Shown piece by piece: positions 47,879 to 60,493 of a stretch of 63,970 nucleotides of DNA. The stretch's first letter is position 1; every line of letters starts with the position of its first letter. Source of the stretch: Carcharhinus longimanus (Eukaryota); the NCBI GenBank assembly GCA_030264375.1, contig JASCQW010000160.1:22812484-22876453 (forward strand), written 5' to 3'. A model generated the notes under the pieces. That model was not told the origin of the DNA and made no database searches. It saw nothing but the letters and a program-made list of their open reading frames with translations. The translations under genes were made by a program, and so were the position numbers.

Positions 47879-49244
47879 TTCCCCAGTCATCGATTCCTCC
47901 CATATTTAAATGAAGGTGGAGAGTCGGCCCCAAGAACATTGTTCAATTTCAACCACAAATACTACCAGCTGAAGACAGTCCATCCTTAGACAGCAATAGA
48001 AAGCCCACTGCTGCCAGGTTGGAGAGGGAGCCACGAGTTTTTTATTAATTTTCAAAAATCAGCTACAAATTCTGCTCTGTTTAAAACATCTCCCTCGAGG
48101 CGCTGCAGATCTTTTGTCCTGTGTACGTGCCACTGAACTTTCAGGGGCACAGAAATAGCAGGTTGCATCTGTACAGTGGAGATTCTTCAAGGATGCCACC
48201 CTAAAAACTTCAGGTGGATCAGAAACACAATAGAGTTAGCCAAGGTTTGCCTGAGATCAACTCTAATGAAAACTTTGCACTGTTACTTTTGTTCACACTG
48301 TGCACAATGCTGCAGTTCTCCCATTGCAATGTGCTGCAAGATATGGACTACTGTTGAATGTGTTTTGATATTCACTAAATGCTTATACACTGGTGCAACT
48401 TCAACATTTGATTTTACTGATTTATAAATAGTAGTTGCATAACTAGACTGTCACATCCACTGTTAATTTTTTTATATCTGTAACATTTTTAAGAGTAAAA
48501 ATATACATAAGGTTTATAATAAAATNNNNNNNNNNNNNNNNNNNNNNNNNNNNNNNNNNNNNNNNNNNNNNNNNNNNNNNNNNNNNNNNNNNNNNNNNNN
48601 NNNNNNNNNNNNNNNNNNNNNNNNNNNNNNNNNNNNNNNNNNNNNNNNNNNNNNNNNNNNNNNNNNNNNNNNNNNNNNNNNNNNNNNNNNNNNNNNNNNN
48701 NNNNNNNNNNNNNNNNNNNNNNNNNNNNNNNNNNNNNCAAAATGGCTACATTGGGGAAAAAAGCATCTGCATTGGTTGAACGTAAGAAAAAAATGTTCTG
48801 ATACTGTAAATACAGGAGGGAGCAGTGACTTTGGTTTTAGAAAAATGGGTAGTTGAAGACTGCTCTATGCATCACTTTGACCAAACAGCTCTGTATCAGT
48901 TCTTGTGGAGCTTTGCTTTGCAGAGATTGCTAGTCTGTTTGTGCTCATAATTCATAAAACTGATTGCTCAGCGTTGTCATCTCTTTCTGCAATTTGAAAC
49001 CACTTATCTCTGCATTATGATACAAGTGTGCCTGATGTATGAGGCTGCCAAGAAAGGCAATGAACTGTAGTCCACAAAGGAACATGGACATTTCTCTCTA
49101 TTACAAGCACTGTATGGAAGCAGGCCTCCATGAACCACGACAGTTGGTTAGGGGATTAAACTTTAGCCATTGGCATCATTCTGCATCACACTATAGCCAC
49201 CTAGCAACTGAATGAAATGATCTCCATGGTTGCCAAGTTGGAGT

Positions 49245-50204
49245 CATACTTGGTAGATAGGAAGATGGTTGTGGTTGTGAAGGTCAGTCATCTCAGCTCC
49301 ATGACATCTTTGCAAGACTCCCTCAGGGTAGTGTCCTAGACCAACAATCTTCAGCTGCTTCATCAATGACTTTTCCTCCATCATAAGGTCAGAAGTGGGG
49401 ATGTTTGCTGACAATTGCACAATGTTCACGCCATTCACAACTCCTCAGATGCTGAAGCAGTCCATGTTCAAATGCAACAAGATCTGTACCATCACCCCTT
49501 AACATTCAATGGTGTAACCATCACAGAATCTCCCACTGTCAATATCCTTGGGGTTACCATTGACCAGAAACTTACCTGGACTCACCACATAATCACAGTG
49601 GCTACAAGAGCAGGTCAAAGGTGAGGAATACTGTGGCAAGTAACTCATCTCCTGACTATTCAGAGACTATCCACCATCTACAAGGCACAAGTCAGGAGTG
49701 TGATGGGATACTCCCCACTTGCCTGGATAGGTGCAGCTTCAACAACACTCAGGAAAGTTGACACCATCAGGACAAAGCAACCCACTTGACTGCCACCGCA
49801 TCTACAAACATTCAATCTCCCCACCACCGACAATCAGTAGCAGCAGAGTGACTATCCACAAGATGCACTGCAGCAATTCACCCAAGATCCATAGACAGCA
49901 CCTTCCAAACCCATGACCACTTCCATCTACAAGAACAAGGCAGCACTTACATGAGAACACCACCACCTGCAAGCTCCCCACCAAGCCAGTCATCATCCTG
50001 ACTTGGAAATATACTGCCGTTCCTTCACAGTCACGGAGTCAAAATGCTGGAATTCCCTCCCTATCGGCATTGCGGATCAATCCACAGAACATGGACTGCA
50101 GCGATTCAAGAAGGCAGCTCACCGCCACCTTCTCAAGGGCAACTAGGGATGAGCAATAAATGCTGGCCAGTCAGTGACGCCCATGTTCCAGATTTTAAAA
50201 AAAA
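49245..50204 (+). mobile_element. CR1-group LINE 3' part (RT C-half to tail)
   Basis: PQGSVL..TIFSCFIND...GMFADNC and LTFNGVTITESPTVNILGVTIDQKLTWTHHI; tail caccttctcaagggcaactagggatgagcaataaatgctggcc plus poly(A). Confidence 0.9.
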
Positions 50205-51184
50205 GCAATTTTAGTTAACTTCAGATCACATCAAGCAGATTATATCACAATAAATATCCCCCATAACTTGGTTTGCACTATTACCACTGGGCATATGTTC
50301 ATGTCCAAAAATATTATTAAAACACAAAGACAGCAATCTACGGCTTTTGAATTTTTTTTTTCCTTTCCCACCTCATCCCCTAGTCTTCTGTCCCCGTAAG
50401 GTTGATACAGCTACCAGATCTGTCAAAGGAAGATTCAGGCAGAGAAAATAATGGAAATCAACTGAAACTCATTTTGAGTGCCCAGGGAAATTTGCAGATC
50501 CTACACATTACTGAGAACTATTTTTGTCAAGTTTCATTAATTTTTAGAATTCAGTTATAAGTATGTATGGTTTTAGCCATAACCTTTGTGACTAAAGTTG
50601 GGATTCTCCAATGTTGATCGCTTCACCCTTGCTGCCAACAGGAATGGCGAACTTGGCGCCCAGCCAAATCTCCATTCAGAACAGGGGGACCGGAGAATCT
50701 CAGAGCTCCTTAACCTGAACTCTGCAGGAGTTTCAGAATTTGAACTTGGTTTGAAATAATCTGAAAATAAAAGGCTTGTAACCGAGGAGGTGATCTTGAA
50801 GCTGTCAGATTGTTGGAACAATACAATTGGTTCACTTGTGTCCTTCAAGGAAGGTAACCTGCTGTCCTTATCAATCTGACTGGAGAATCTCAGCCGTGGA
50901 CCAGGTCGGAGAATCTTGGCCTTAGTTTTTTGGTTGGACAAATGTCAATATCTCGCACAAGTTTTAATCAAACTTATATGATTAACTTATTGTCTGAAAT
51001 ATTCATTTGTTTAAAAATCAGTGACAGTTCAAAAATGATTGAAACATTAAGGACACGATTTATTGCCCAGGAACATAAAATATACAGATATAACATCTGA
51101 GGATACTACCTTCAGCATGTACAGGGTAAATAAAGCTAACAAGCTCAACATTTTGAGGTTGTTCAGTTGACAAATTTATATGAA

Positions 51185-51512
51185 AGTGGAGTGACAGCTT
51201 TGTTTAAGAAGGGTGCCAGGCAAAAGGCGGGGAATTATAGGCCGGTTAGTTTAACGTCTGTGGTAGGTAATATGTTAGAATCCGTCATTAAGGAGGAAAT
51301 TGCGAGGCATCTTGAAGGGAATTGCTTGATAGAGCAGACGCAGCACGGNNNNNNNNNNNNNNNNNNNNNNNNNNNNNNNNNNNNNNNNNNNNNNNNNNNN
51401 NNNNNNNNNNNNNNNNNNNNNNNNNNNNNNNNNNNNNNNNNNNNNNNNTTATTGAATGGCGGGGCAGGCTCGAAGGGCTAGATGGCCTACTCCTGCTCCT
51501 TATTTCTTATGT
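51185..51512 (+). mobile_element. Young CR1-like LINE (RT fragment and tail around gap)
   Basis: VTALFKKGARQKAGNYRPVSLTSVVGNMLESVIKEEIARHLEGNCLIEQTQH (NYRPVSLTS motif); the tail follows the gap. Confidence 0.9.
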
Positions 51513-51639
51513 AACAATTGACTATCAGTTGTCAGAATTGCCAAATTATATTTCAGCAACTGTAACCATACTCCTATTCTTACAGATTTGAAAACTGGAT
51601 CAAAAAATCATTCCACTCTCATGGCAAGATTTGTCACAT

Positions 51640-51960
51640 TCATTTTTGGGGTCTGTGAATCACTTGCAAACCTGCATTTACCGTCTACCCTTAATCGCCA
51701 TAAGAAGATGGTAAGTGATTTAATACAACTGAGTGGCTTGTTAGGCCACTTCAGAAGGCAGTTAAGAGTCAACCATTTTGGTGTGGGTCTGAAATTGCTT
51801 ATTGGCCAGATTGAGCAAGGACAGCAGATTACCTTCCTTGAAGGACACGAGTGAACCAATTGTGTTGTTCCAACAATCTGATAGCTTCAAGATCATCTTC
51901 TCAGTTACAAGCCTTTTATTTTCAGATTACTTCAAGCCAAATTCAAATTCTCAAACCCCT
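51640..51960 (-). mobile_element. Old SINE sharing head/body and tail with the LINE at 52810
   Basis: Minus strand ggttcactcgtgtccttcaaggaaggtaatctgctgtcctt...tggttgactcttaactgccttctgaagtggcc followed by a decayed LINE tail. Confidence 0.7.
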
Positions 51961-52809
51961 ACAGAGTTAAGTTTTAGGAGCTTTGATGGCAAAAAACACC
52001 TTTTTACATTCTATCAATTTTGTGCTACACTTGACTGTTGGGGGCTTTCATTAACTTTGCGAGAGAATTTGCATCCATCTTTGGCAAGTTTGGGAAAAGA
52101 TTCTAATTTTTGGTACCCATGTCACGTCAGGTGCACCAACATATGTTTATACAATATTGCTTCCTCTATTTTGCTTCAAATATGTGTTTCAGCCCTGACC
52201 GCAGAAAAGCTTTCCCATCTGCACTAAATACTTTTTTTTGTTTCCTATGTCAGTCATTCTTACAAGCCCATTAAGTTTGACAGTCAAGTTACATGCTGTG
52301 GAATTGCCTGCCAAACTCAGTTTGCTTAGGGTCATTTCGTTCCATCATTAAAAGTCAGAGGTGCCAAGAGAAGTGTGTTAGGCTGCAAAGGATAAGAATT
52401 ATCAACAGAGTTTATAAAAGTCCTCCATCTGTCTGAGGTTAAGCTCCTGAGGTGGGAGAACCTGGTGTGCCTTCTAAATGGCAAAATGTTCTGGGACCTG
52501 ACATGATCAATTTCCACTACGGTAATTAACATGGAAAAGGTATCATTATTTAGGCACAATCCAAATTAAATGTAATCACTCCATTGCAAAACATTAACAC
52601 TGATCTTATAAATGGTAACCATTAATGTTTTCTCCCCTTGTCATTCCAAAAAAATCCCACTCATAGCCTATATTGCTGGTGTAGTCCAAAATAGGTTCCT
52701 GACAGTAATGTTTCTTCAAAAATAATGTTTGAATATTTCATATTATGAAAAAAATTGCCAACATAACTACACCTCAAGAAGCACACAGAAACTGAATTTC
52801 ATTCATCAC

Positions 52810-55800
52810 AGGGGGGCAATGGCCTAGTGGTATTATCACTTGACTATTAATCCAGAAATCTAGATAATGAATAGGGTTTGAATCCCGCCACAGCAGATGG
52901 TGGAATTTGAATTCAATAAAAAATATATGGAAGAGTCTACTGAACACTATGAAACCATTGTTGATTGTTGAAAAAACCCATGTGGCTCCCAATGTTCTTT
53001 AGGGAAGGAAATCTACCGTCCTTACCTGGTCTGGCCTGCATGTGATTTCAGAACCAAAGTGGTTGACTCTCAACTGCCCTCTGAAATGGCCAAATCTAAC
53101 AATCGCTACAAAGTCTCAACAAAGAAATGAAACCAGATGCACCACCTGGCATCAACCGGGGCACCAGAAAAGACAACAATAAAACAAACAGCCCTGTCGA
53201 TCCTGCAAAGTCCTCCTTACTATCACCTGGGGGTTAGTGAAAAAAATTGGGAGAGCTGTCTCACATAGTCCAGCAACAGCCTGACATAGTCATTCTCATA
53301 GAATCATACCTTACAGATAACACACAGACACCACCGTTGCCATCCCTGGATATGTCTTGTCCCACCGGCTGAACAGATCCAGCAGAGGTAGCAGCACAGT
53401 TGCATACAGTCGGAAGGGAGTTGCCCTGGGAGTCCTTAACATCGACTCTGGATGCCATAAAGTCTCNNNNNNNNNNNNNNNNNNNNNNNNNNNNNNNNNN
53501 NNNNNNNNNNNNNNNNNNNNNNNNNNNNNNNNNNNNNNNNNNNNNNNNNNNNNNNNNNNNNNNNNNNNNNNNNNNNNNNNNNNNNNNNNNNNNNNNNNNN
53601 NNNNNNNNNNNNNNNNNNNNNNNNNNNNNNNNNNNNNNNNNNNNNNNNNNNNNNNNNNNNNNNNNNNNNNNNNNNNNNNNNNNNNNNNNNNNNNNNNNNN
53701 NNNNNNNNNNNNNNNNNNNNNNNNNNNNNNNNNNNNNNNNNNNNNNNNNNNNNNNNNNNNNNNNNNNNNNNNNNNNNNNNNNNNNNNNNNNNNNNNNNNN
53801 NNNNNNNNNNNNNNNNNNNNNNNNNNNNNNNNNNNNNNNNNNNNNNNNNNNNNNNNNNNNNNNNNNNNNNNNNNNNNNNNNNNNNNNNNNNNNNNNNNNN
53901 NNNNNNNNNNNNNNNNNNNNNNNNNNNNNNNNNNNNNNNNNNNNNNNNNNNNNNNNNNNNNNNNNNNNNNNNNNNNNNNNNNNNNNNNNNNNNNNNNNNN
54001 NNNNNNNNNNNNNNNNNNNNNNNNNNNNNNNNNNNNNNNNNNNNNNNNNNNNNNNNNNNNNNNNNNNNNNNNNNNNNNNNNNNNNNNNNNNNNNNNNNNN
54101 NNNNNNNNNNNNNNNNNNNNNNNNNNNNNNNNNNNNNNNNNNNNNNNNNNNNNNNNNNNNNNNNNNNNNNNNNNNNNNNNNNNNNNNNNNNNNNNNNNNN
54201 NNNNNNNNNNNNNNNNNNNNNNNNNNNNNNNNNNNNNNNNNNNNNNNNNNNNNNNNNNNNNNNNNNNNNNNNNNNNNNNNNNNNNNNNNNNNNNNNNNNN
54301 NNNNNNNNNNNNNNNNNNNNNNNNNNNNNNNNNNNNNAGGGAGTTGCCCTGGGAGTCCTTAACATCGACTCTGGATGCCATAAAGTCTCATGGCTTCAGG
54401 TTAAACCAACAAGAGGAAATAACATTCTTGACCTCATCCTTACCAATCTGCTAGCTAAGGATGCATCTGTTCGTGACAGTATCAGTAAGTGTGTCCACCG
54501 CACAGTTCTTGTGGAAATGAAGTCCAGCCTTCGCATTGAGAATAACCTCCATCATGTTGTGTGGCACTATCACCGTGCTAAATGGGACAGGCTTCGAACT
54601 GATCTAGCAACTCAAGACTGGACCATCAACAGCAGCGGAACTGTACTCCAGCACAATCTGCAACTTCATGGCCCGGCATATCTCCCACTCAACCATTACC
54701 ATCAAGCCAGGGGATCAACCCTGGTTCAACGGGGAGTGCAGGAGGGCATGCCAGGAGCAGCACCAGGCATACTTAAAAATGAAGTGTCGACCTGGTGGAG
54801 CTACTAAATAGAACCAAATGGCAAAAACAGAAAGTGATAGACAGAACTAACCGAGTCCACAACCAACAGATCAGACCAAAGCTCTGCAGTCCTTCCTCAT
54901 CCAGTCGGGAATGGTGATGGACAATTAAACAACTCACTGGAGGAGGAGGATTTGCAAACATCCTCAATGAGGGAAGAGTCCAGCACATCAGCACAAAAGA
55001 TAAGGCTGAAGTGTCTGCAGCAATCTTCAGCCAAAAGTGCCGAGTGATGATCCATGTCGGCTCCTCCAGTGGTCCCAGCATCTCAGATGCCAGTCTCCAG
55101 CCAATTCGATTCACTCCACATGATATCAAAAAACAGTTGGAGGTACTGGATACTGCAAAGGCAATGGGCCCTGATACATTCCGGCAGTAATTCTAAAAAC
55201 CTGCCCTCCCCTAACCAAGCTCTTCCAGGACAGTTACAACACTGGCATCTACCCAACAATGTGGAAAATTGTCCAGGTACGTCCTGTACACAAAAAGCAG
55301 GACAAATCCAACCCGGCCAATTACTGCCCAGTCTACTCTCGATCACCAGTAAAGTGATGGAAGGGGTTATCAACAGTGCTATCAAGCAGCACCTACTCAA
55401 CAATAACCTGCTCAGTGACGCCCAGTTTGGGTTTCGTCAGGGTCACTCAGCTCCTGAGGCTCAATGATCTTCAGCTGCTTCATCAATGACATTCCCTCTG
55501 TCATAAGGTCAGAAGTGGGGGTGTTCACCGATGATTGCACAATGTTCAGCACTATTCGCAACTACTCAGATACTGAAGCAGCTCATGTTCAACTGCAACA
55601 AGTTCTGGACAATATCCAGGCTTCAGTTGACAAGTGGCAAATAACATTCATGCCACACAAATGCCAGGCAATGACCATCACCGATAAGAAACACGCAACA
55701 CGCTGCCCCTTAACATTAAATCCCCACTGTCAACATCCTTGGGTAATCACTGACCAGAAATTCAAGTGGACCCACCACATAAAAACATTGGCTACAAGAG

Positions 55801-56387
55801 CATGTCACAGGCTAGGAATACTGTGCGAGTAACTCACTTCCTGACTCACCAGAGCCTATCCAACATCTACGAGGCACAAATCAGGAGTGTGATGGAATAT
55901 TCCCCACTTGCCTGGATGAGTGCAGGTCCAACAACACTCAAGAAGCTTGACACCATCCAGGACAAAGCAGCCCGTTTGATTGGCACCACAGCTACAAACA
56001 TTCAACCCTCCATCACTAGCAACGTGTACTAGCTACAAGATGCACTGCAGCAATTCATCAAAAATCCTCAGACAGCACCTTCCAAACCAATGACCACTTC
56101 CGTCCAGAAGGACAAGGGCAGCAGATACATGGGAACACCAACACCTGCAAGTTCGCTTCCAAGCCACTCACCATCCTGCCTTGGGAATGTATCACCGTTC
56201 CTTCGCAGTTGCTGAGTCAAAATCCTGGAATTCCCTTCCTAACGACATTGTGAGTCAACCCACAAAACATGGACTGCAGCTATTCAAGAAAGCAGCTCAC
56301 CATCACCTTCTCAAGGGCAACTAGGATGGGCAATAAATGCTGGTCAGCAAGCGATGCCCATGTCCCACGAATGAATTAAAAAAAAAG
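52810..56387 (+). mobile_element. Long CR1-group LINE with tRNA-like 5' head, APE endonuclease and RT (decayed, gapped, internally deleted)
   Basis: Head tggcctagtgg...gggtttgaatccc. Endonuclease remnant KLGELSH..QQQPDIVILIESYLTDN...IPGY. RT remnants NPANYCP and KVMEGVINSAIKQHLLNNNLLSDAQFGFRQGHSAP, IFSCFINDIP...VFTDDC, IRSVMEYSPLAW. Tail gggcaactaggatgggcaataaatgctgg...gaatgaatt plus poly(A). Confidence 0.9.
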
Positions 56388-56639
56388 GATTAAGCAGCAG
56401 TGCTTGTAAAAACGTATGCTATGGGGGCACTTAAAAATACCATCGGCACAAATCACAATTTTCACATATGATGCTTTAGCCTATCAGAGATTGAGTGATG
56501 ATTAGAAGCTCACTTTATGGCTGCAGAATTGAGACCACAAGACGATATATTCACTTCCAGACTTTCAAAAAGACTCAAGACTATACAGGACAAAGCAGCC
56601 CACTTAACCAGTCCCTCCACCACCAACACTCAGTAACCA

Positions 56640-57052
56640 CAGTTAAAAAACCCACACACCCCGGACATGCACACTTCCACCTTCTCCTGTCAGGAAAAAG
56701 ATACAAAAGTCTGAGGAAAGTACCAACTGACTCAAGATCAGCTTCTTCCTTGCTGCCATTAGACTTTTGAATGGACCTACCTTGCATTAAATTGACCTTT
56801 CTCTACACCCTANNNNNNNNNNNNNNNNNNNNNNNNNNNNNNNNNNNNNNNNNNNNNNNNNNNNNNNNNNNNNNNNNNNNNNNNNNNNNNNNNNNNNNNN
56901 NNNNNNNNNNNNACACCCTAGCTATGACTGTAACACTACATTCTGCACTGTCTCCTTTCCTTCTCTATGAACGGTATGCTTTGTCTGTACAGGGAACAAG
57001 AAACAATACTTTTCACTGTGTATTAATACACACGCCAATAATAAATCAAATC
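56640..57052 (+). mobile_element. Rex1/Babar-like LINE 3' end
   Basis: KKPTHPGHAHFHLLLSGKRYKSLR; 3' UTR ending aataataaatcaaatc. Confidence 0.85.
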
Positions 57053-57499
57053 ATCTCACATGGAATTCACCCATTCCATTTCACCTTTCTTCTCAATCTT
57101 TTCTATTTATTTCTCAATCCTGTAATCTCATTGGTTAAGGAGGTATAGCATGTGACCTGCTGCTCACCCAAGGTCCACGATAACTTGTTCCTTTTGGTCT
57201 CAGCTTGCACAACCAGCAACTTTGTGGGCAAAAAGATTGTAGAACCTAAAAGTGCAACTCTAACTAACAAGGCATGTCACAAGATGTCAAACTCCAGCAA
57301 AATTGTTATCTCATATTTCCAAAAAATAATGTTTCAGTAAATGTGGTATGTTTTGGAGGAACAGGTTATTTTGGAACTATGGTCCCCAAGCTTTTCACCA
57401 CTGATAGTTTCCTCGACTCAATGTCTGGATTTTTTGTAGACAACTGGATAGTGGTTGAGTGCTATAATTACTCAACAAAACCATCATCATTGTATCATG

Positions 57500-57808
57500 G
57501 GGAGGCATTGTCACTGGACTAGTAATCTAGAGGCCTGGGGACCTGGGTTCAAATCCCACCATGGCAGATGGTGAATTTAGAATTAAATAATAATCTGGAA
57601 CTGAAAGTCTAGTGATGACTATGAAACCATTGTCAATTGTCATAAAACCTCATTTGTTTTGGACTTTAGGAAAAGAAATCTTCTGTCCTTAACTGCTGTG
57701 ATTCTAGATCCACAGCAATGTGGCTGATATTTAAATAGAGGGTAATAAGGGATAGGCAACAAATACTGGCCCAGCCAGCGACACTCACGTCTGTAAAATT
57801 TTTTAAAT
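57500..57808 (+). mobile_element. tRNA-headed SINE sharing both ends with the LINE at 52810
   Basis: ggactagtaatctagag...gggttcaaatcccaccatggcagatggtg...ctatgaaaccattgtc... then gggataggcaacaaatactggcccagccagcgacactcac. Confidence 0.8.
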
Positions 57809-58132
57809 GAGCCAAATAAAATGCACCCTGATCTTTTGTCATCCAGCAAATCTTATTCTCCTGATGGCTTCCCTATCCAACCTACATAATGTTCACTTAC
57901 CCTACTTTCCCTATCCACTCCTGACTTGAGCCTCTTTTCCATATCCTCTCCTGTGACTTTGCCATTGCTGGAAGAACCTTCTAGAACCCACTCTCTTGAA
58001 TTTCCTCCTTTAACTGCTCTGCTTCTTCTTCCTTTATAAAAGTCCGGAAAATCCAAATTTCTGGTTCTCCTTTGCAATCTTTCCTTTCACCGCTCTGCGA
58101 TCATGTTTATCACATTAAAGATGCAAATAAAG

Positions 58133-58642
58133 ACCATAAGACAAAGGAGCACAAGTAGGTCATTTGGCCCATCAAGTCTGCTTCATTACTCAAGAAGATC
58201 ACATCTGATATGAAAATCCTCACACCACTTGCACACCTTAGCCCAATAACCCGTGATTCCCTTACTGATTAAAAATCTATCTCAGCCTTGAAGATACTTA
58301 ACCCAATCTCTACAGGCCTTTGCGGTAAAGAATTCCATAGATTCACTAATGTCCAAGAGAATAAATTCCTTTTCATTCCTGTCTGAAATGAAATTATTTT
58401 GAGATTATGCCCTCTGGTCCTAAACTTTTCCACAAGGAAAATAACCTCTCAACATCTTTTCTGTCCAGCCCTCCAAGAATCCTATATGTCTCAATAAAAT
58501 CACCACTGGTTCTTCAAAACTCCAATGAGAACAGGCCCAACCTACTCAACCTCTCCTCATAAGAAAAACCTGGGATCAATCTCGTGAATCTTCTCTGCCT
58601 GCATATCTTTTCTTAAATGAGAAGATCAAATCTGTTCACAAA
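58133..58642 (-). mobile_element. CR1-like LINE 3' fragment
   Basis: accataagacaaaggagcacaagtaggtcatttggcccatcaagtctg tail, then decayed ORF2 C-terminus. Confidence 0.8.
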
Positions 58643-58644
58643 TT

Positions 58645-58930
58645 GTTCACAGGAGGCCACCATTTGGCCCAGCGAGCCTGCACCCACACCAATCCCTATC
58701 CCCGTAAGCCCACATATTTACTCCCCCTGACACTCAGGGGCAAGTTAGCATGGCCAATCAATCTAACATGCACATCTTTGGGAGGAAACTGGGGCATTCG
58801 GAGGAAACTGGAGCATCCGGGGGAAACCCACACAGACACTGGGAGAACATGCGAACTCCACACAGTTACCCGAGGCTGGAATTGAATCTGGGTCCCTGTG
58901 GGGCAACAGCGTTAGGCGCTATGCCATCTT
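58645..58930 (-). mobile_element. HE1-type V-SINE
   Basis: ggaaactggagcatccgggggaaacccacacagacactgggagaacatgcgaactccacacag (reverse V-domain). Confidence 0.85.
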
Positions 58931-60493
58931 GTTGTCACATAATTATTTTAGGAAGATTATCACAATGATACAATGTCAAATGTGATAAGGAAAAGAGGTC
59001 TGAAAATAGTTCTGCATATTTAACTATGCTAGTAAAACTCAAAATTTAATGATGCAATATGTTAAATAAAATTACTTTCAAACCCAGAGATAAAATAGTA
59101 TAGTGCGATTTTTGTCATAAAATGGAATTCTTTGGAATAAATTACAATTGAACATTTTTCCTTTGAATTATCTGAGATTTCAGTAGAGCTCGGTAAAATA
59201 CATAGATCTGAATTTCTGGGGTAGTGGGGTCTCATTTCCCACCACTGAAACAGTCAGCTGGAAACACATCCCTGCCAACCCTAAAATTTTGAGGGGAGNN
59301 NNNNNNNNNNNNNNNNNNNNNNNNNNNNNNNNNNAGGCCACTGAACCTTAAGGAGGAAACACCCAAATTCAGAAGGAGAACATGAAACTTTGGCTATAGG
59401 ATTTTCTTTGGTACTAAAAAAGATCCAGAAGAAAATAAATGTTACTTAGAAAGAGGTGTAATATCTACTCTGATTTATGCAGTGTGCTATGCAAGGATAA
59501 ATCATATATTATACTATGTAAAGCATATGTGTAAACAACTGTTATGAATCATCCCTTAATGCTCTCGTAGGGCAAATTCTTTCCTTTCTATATTGCATCA
59601 ACATGCCAAAAGAGGTCATTTTCTTCCTATGACAAAGAACAGATCTGAGTATCTCTCAGCCAAATCTTCGAAACAAATGAAGTTTTGAACATTCTGGGTC
59701 ATCTATATTTGTCTCTGATCGTGGTCCTCTGCAACTTATTTCGGTTCATTTAGAAACCAATATGATGTCAGTGCGGTGACAGTAAAACCAATATAATGCG
59801 GTCTAATTCAGGTCGCCTAACATGCCTCAAAGCATAAACTTTCCTCTGCAAATAAAACAAAGCTGAGGAACATCTGGTGAAATAAAATGCTCCCCCCTCC
59901 GCAAATAGTTATGACATTTGGTACAGCATTAAGGAGGATTAAAACTGAAAGTGTTAATACGCAATTATTGAACCGTATACACTTCATTTTCTAGAAAAAA
60001 ATAAACTTTGGGAATAAAACACCATAACATGTACGGTTCCAGGGTAACACAGCCCACCAGCAGCCTTAGGAAAGATTGTATCACATATCACATTCAGATG
60101 TTACTGAACAGTTTAAGTAGCATCAGTTTCACCAGCCCACACCTGCATCTTGTTTTTTCAAATATATTTGCAACACCTTATTATAAAAAATCTAAATTCT
60201 ATTAACATTCTTCAAATTTTAACATGATTTGCCATTCCGTTGCTGAGTTTATAGCACTGCCATCATTTTTAACATCTTTTTCTTTTAAAAGGTGTATGAA
60301 ATTGAACAACGCTATGAAGAAGTCACTTGACAAATTTCATATTTGTTAGCATCTAGCACCGCAATATGTGCTTGCAAGGTGAGAAATTCCCTGTATCTAT
60401 CTATTGGTCCAATAATTTCACTGAATTGATTTTGAGGTTTCGAGATCCCCAGCAATCCTTTGCTTCACATGATCAGTCATTTGTCTCCCAGCA

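Larger units (their letters stand above)
50703..51982. repeat. About 176-bp inverted duplication (50703-50878 / 51807-51982)
   Basis: Opposite-strand ORFs both read KDSRLPSLKDTSEPIVLFQQSDSFKI..SVTSLLFSDYFKP.SNS. Confidence 0.9.

Noticed and set aside
53416-54389. About 50-bp exact direct repeat around an approximately 870-N gap, and the 300+ aa ORFs spanning it
   Set aside because: Contig-end overlap artefact; the long ORFs are made of X residues.
56804-56920. acacccta repeated across a gap
   Set aside because: Overlap artefact within a Rex1/Babar 3' UTR.
60292-60378. Plus-strand segment with strong acceptor and AAG/gtgaga donor
   Set aside because: Stop codons in all three frames; could only be non-coding, and there is no further evidence.
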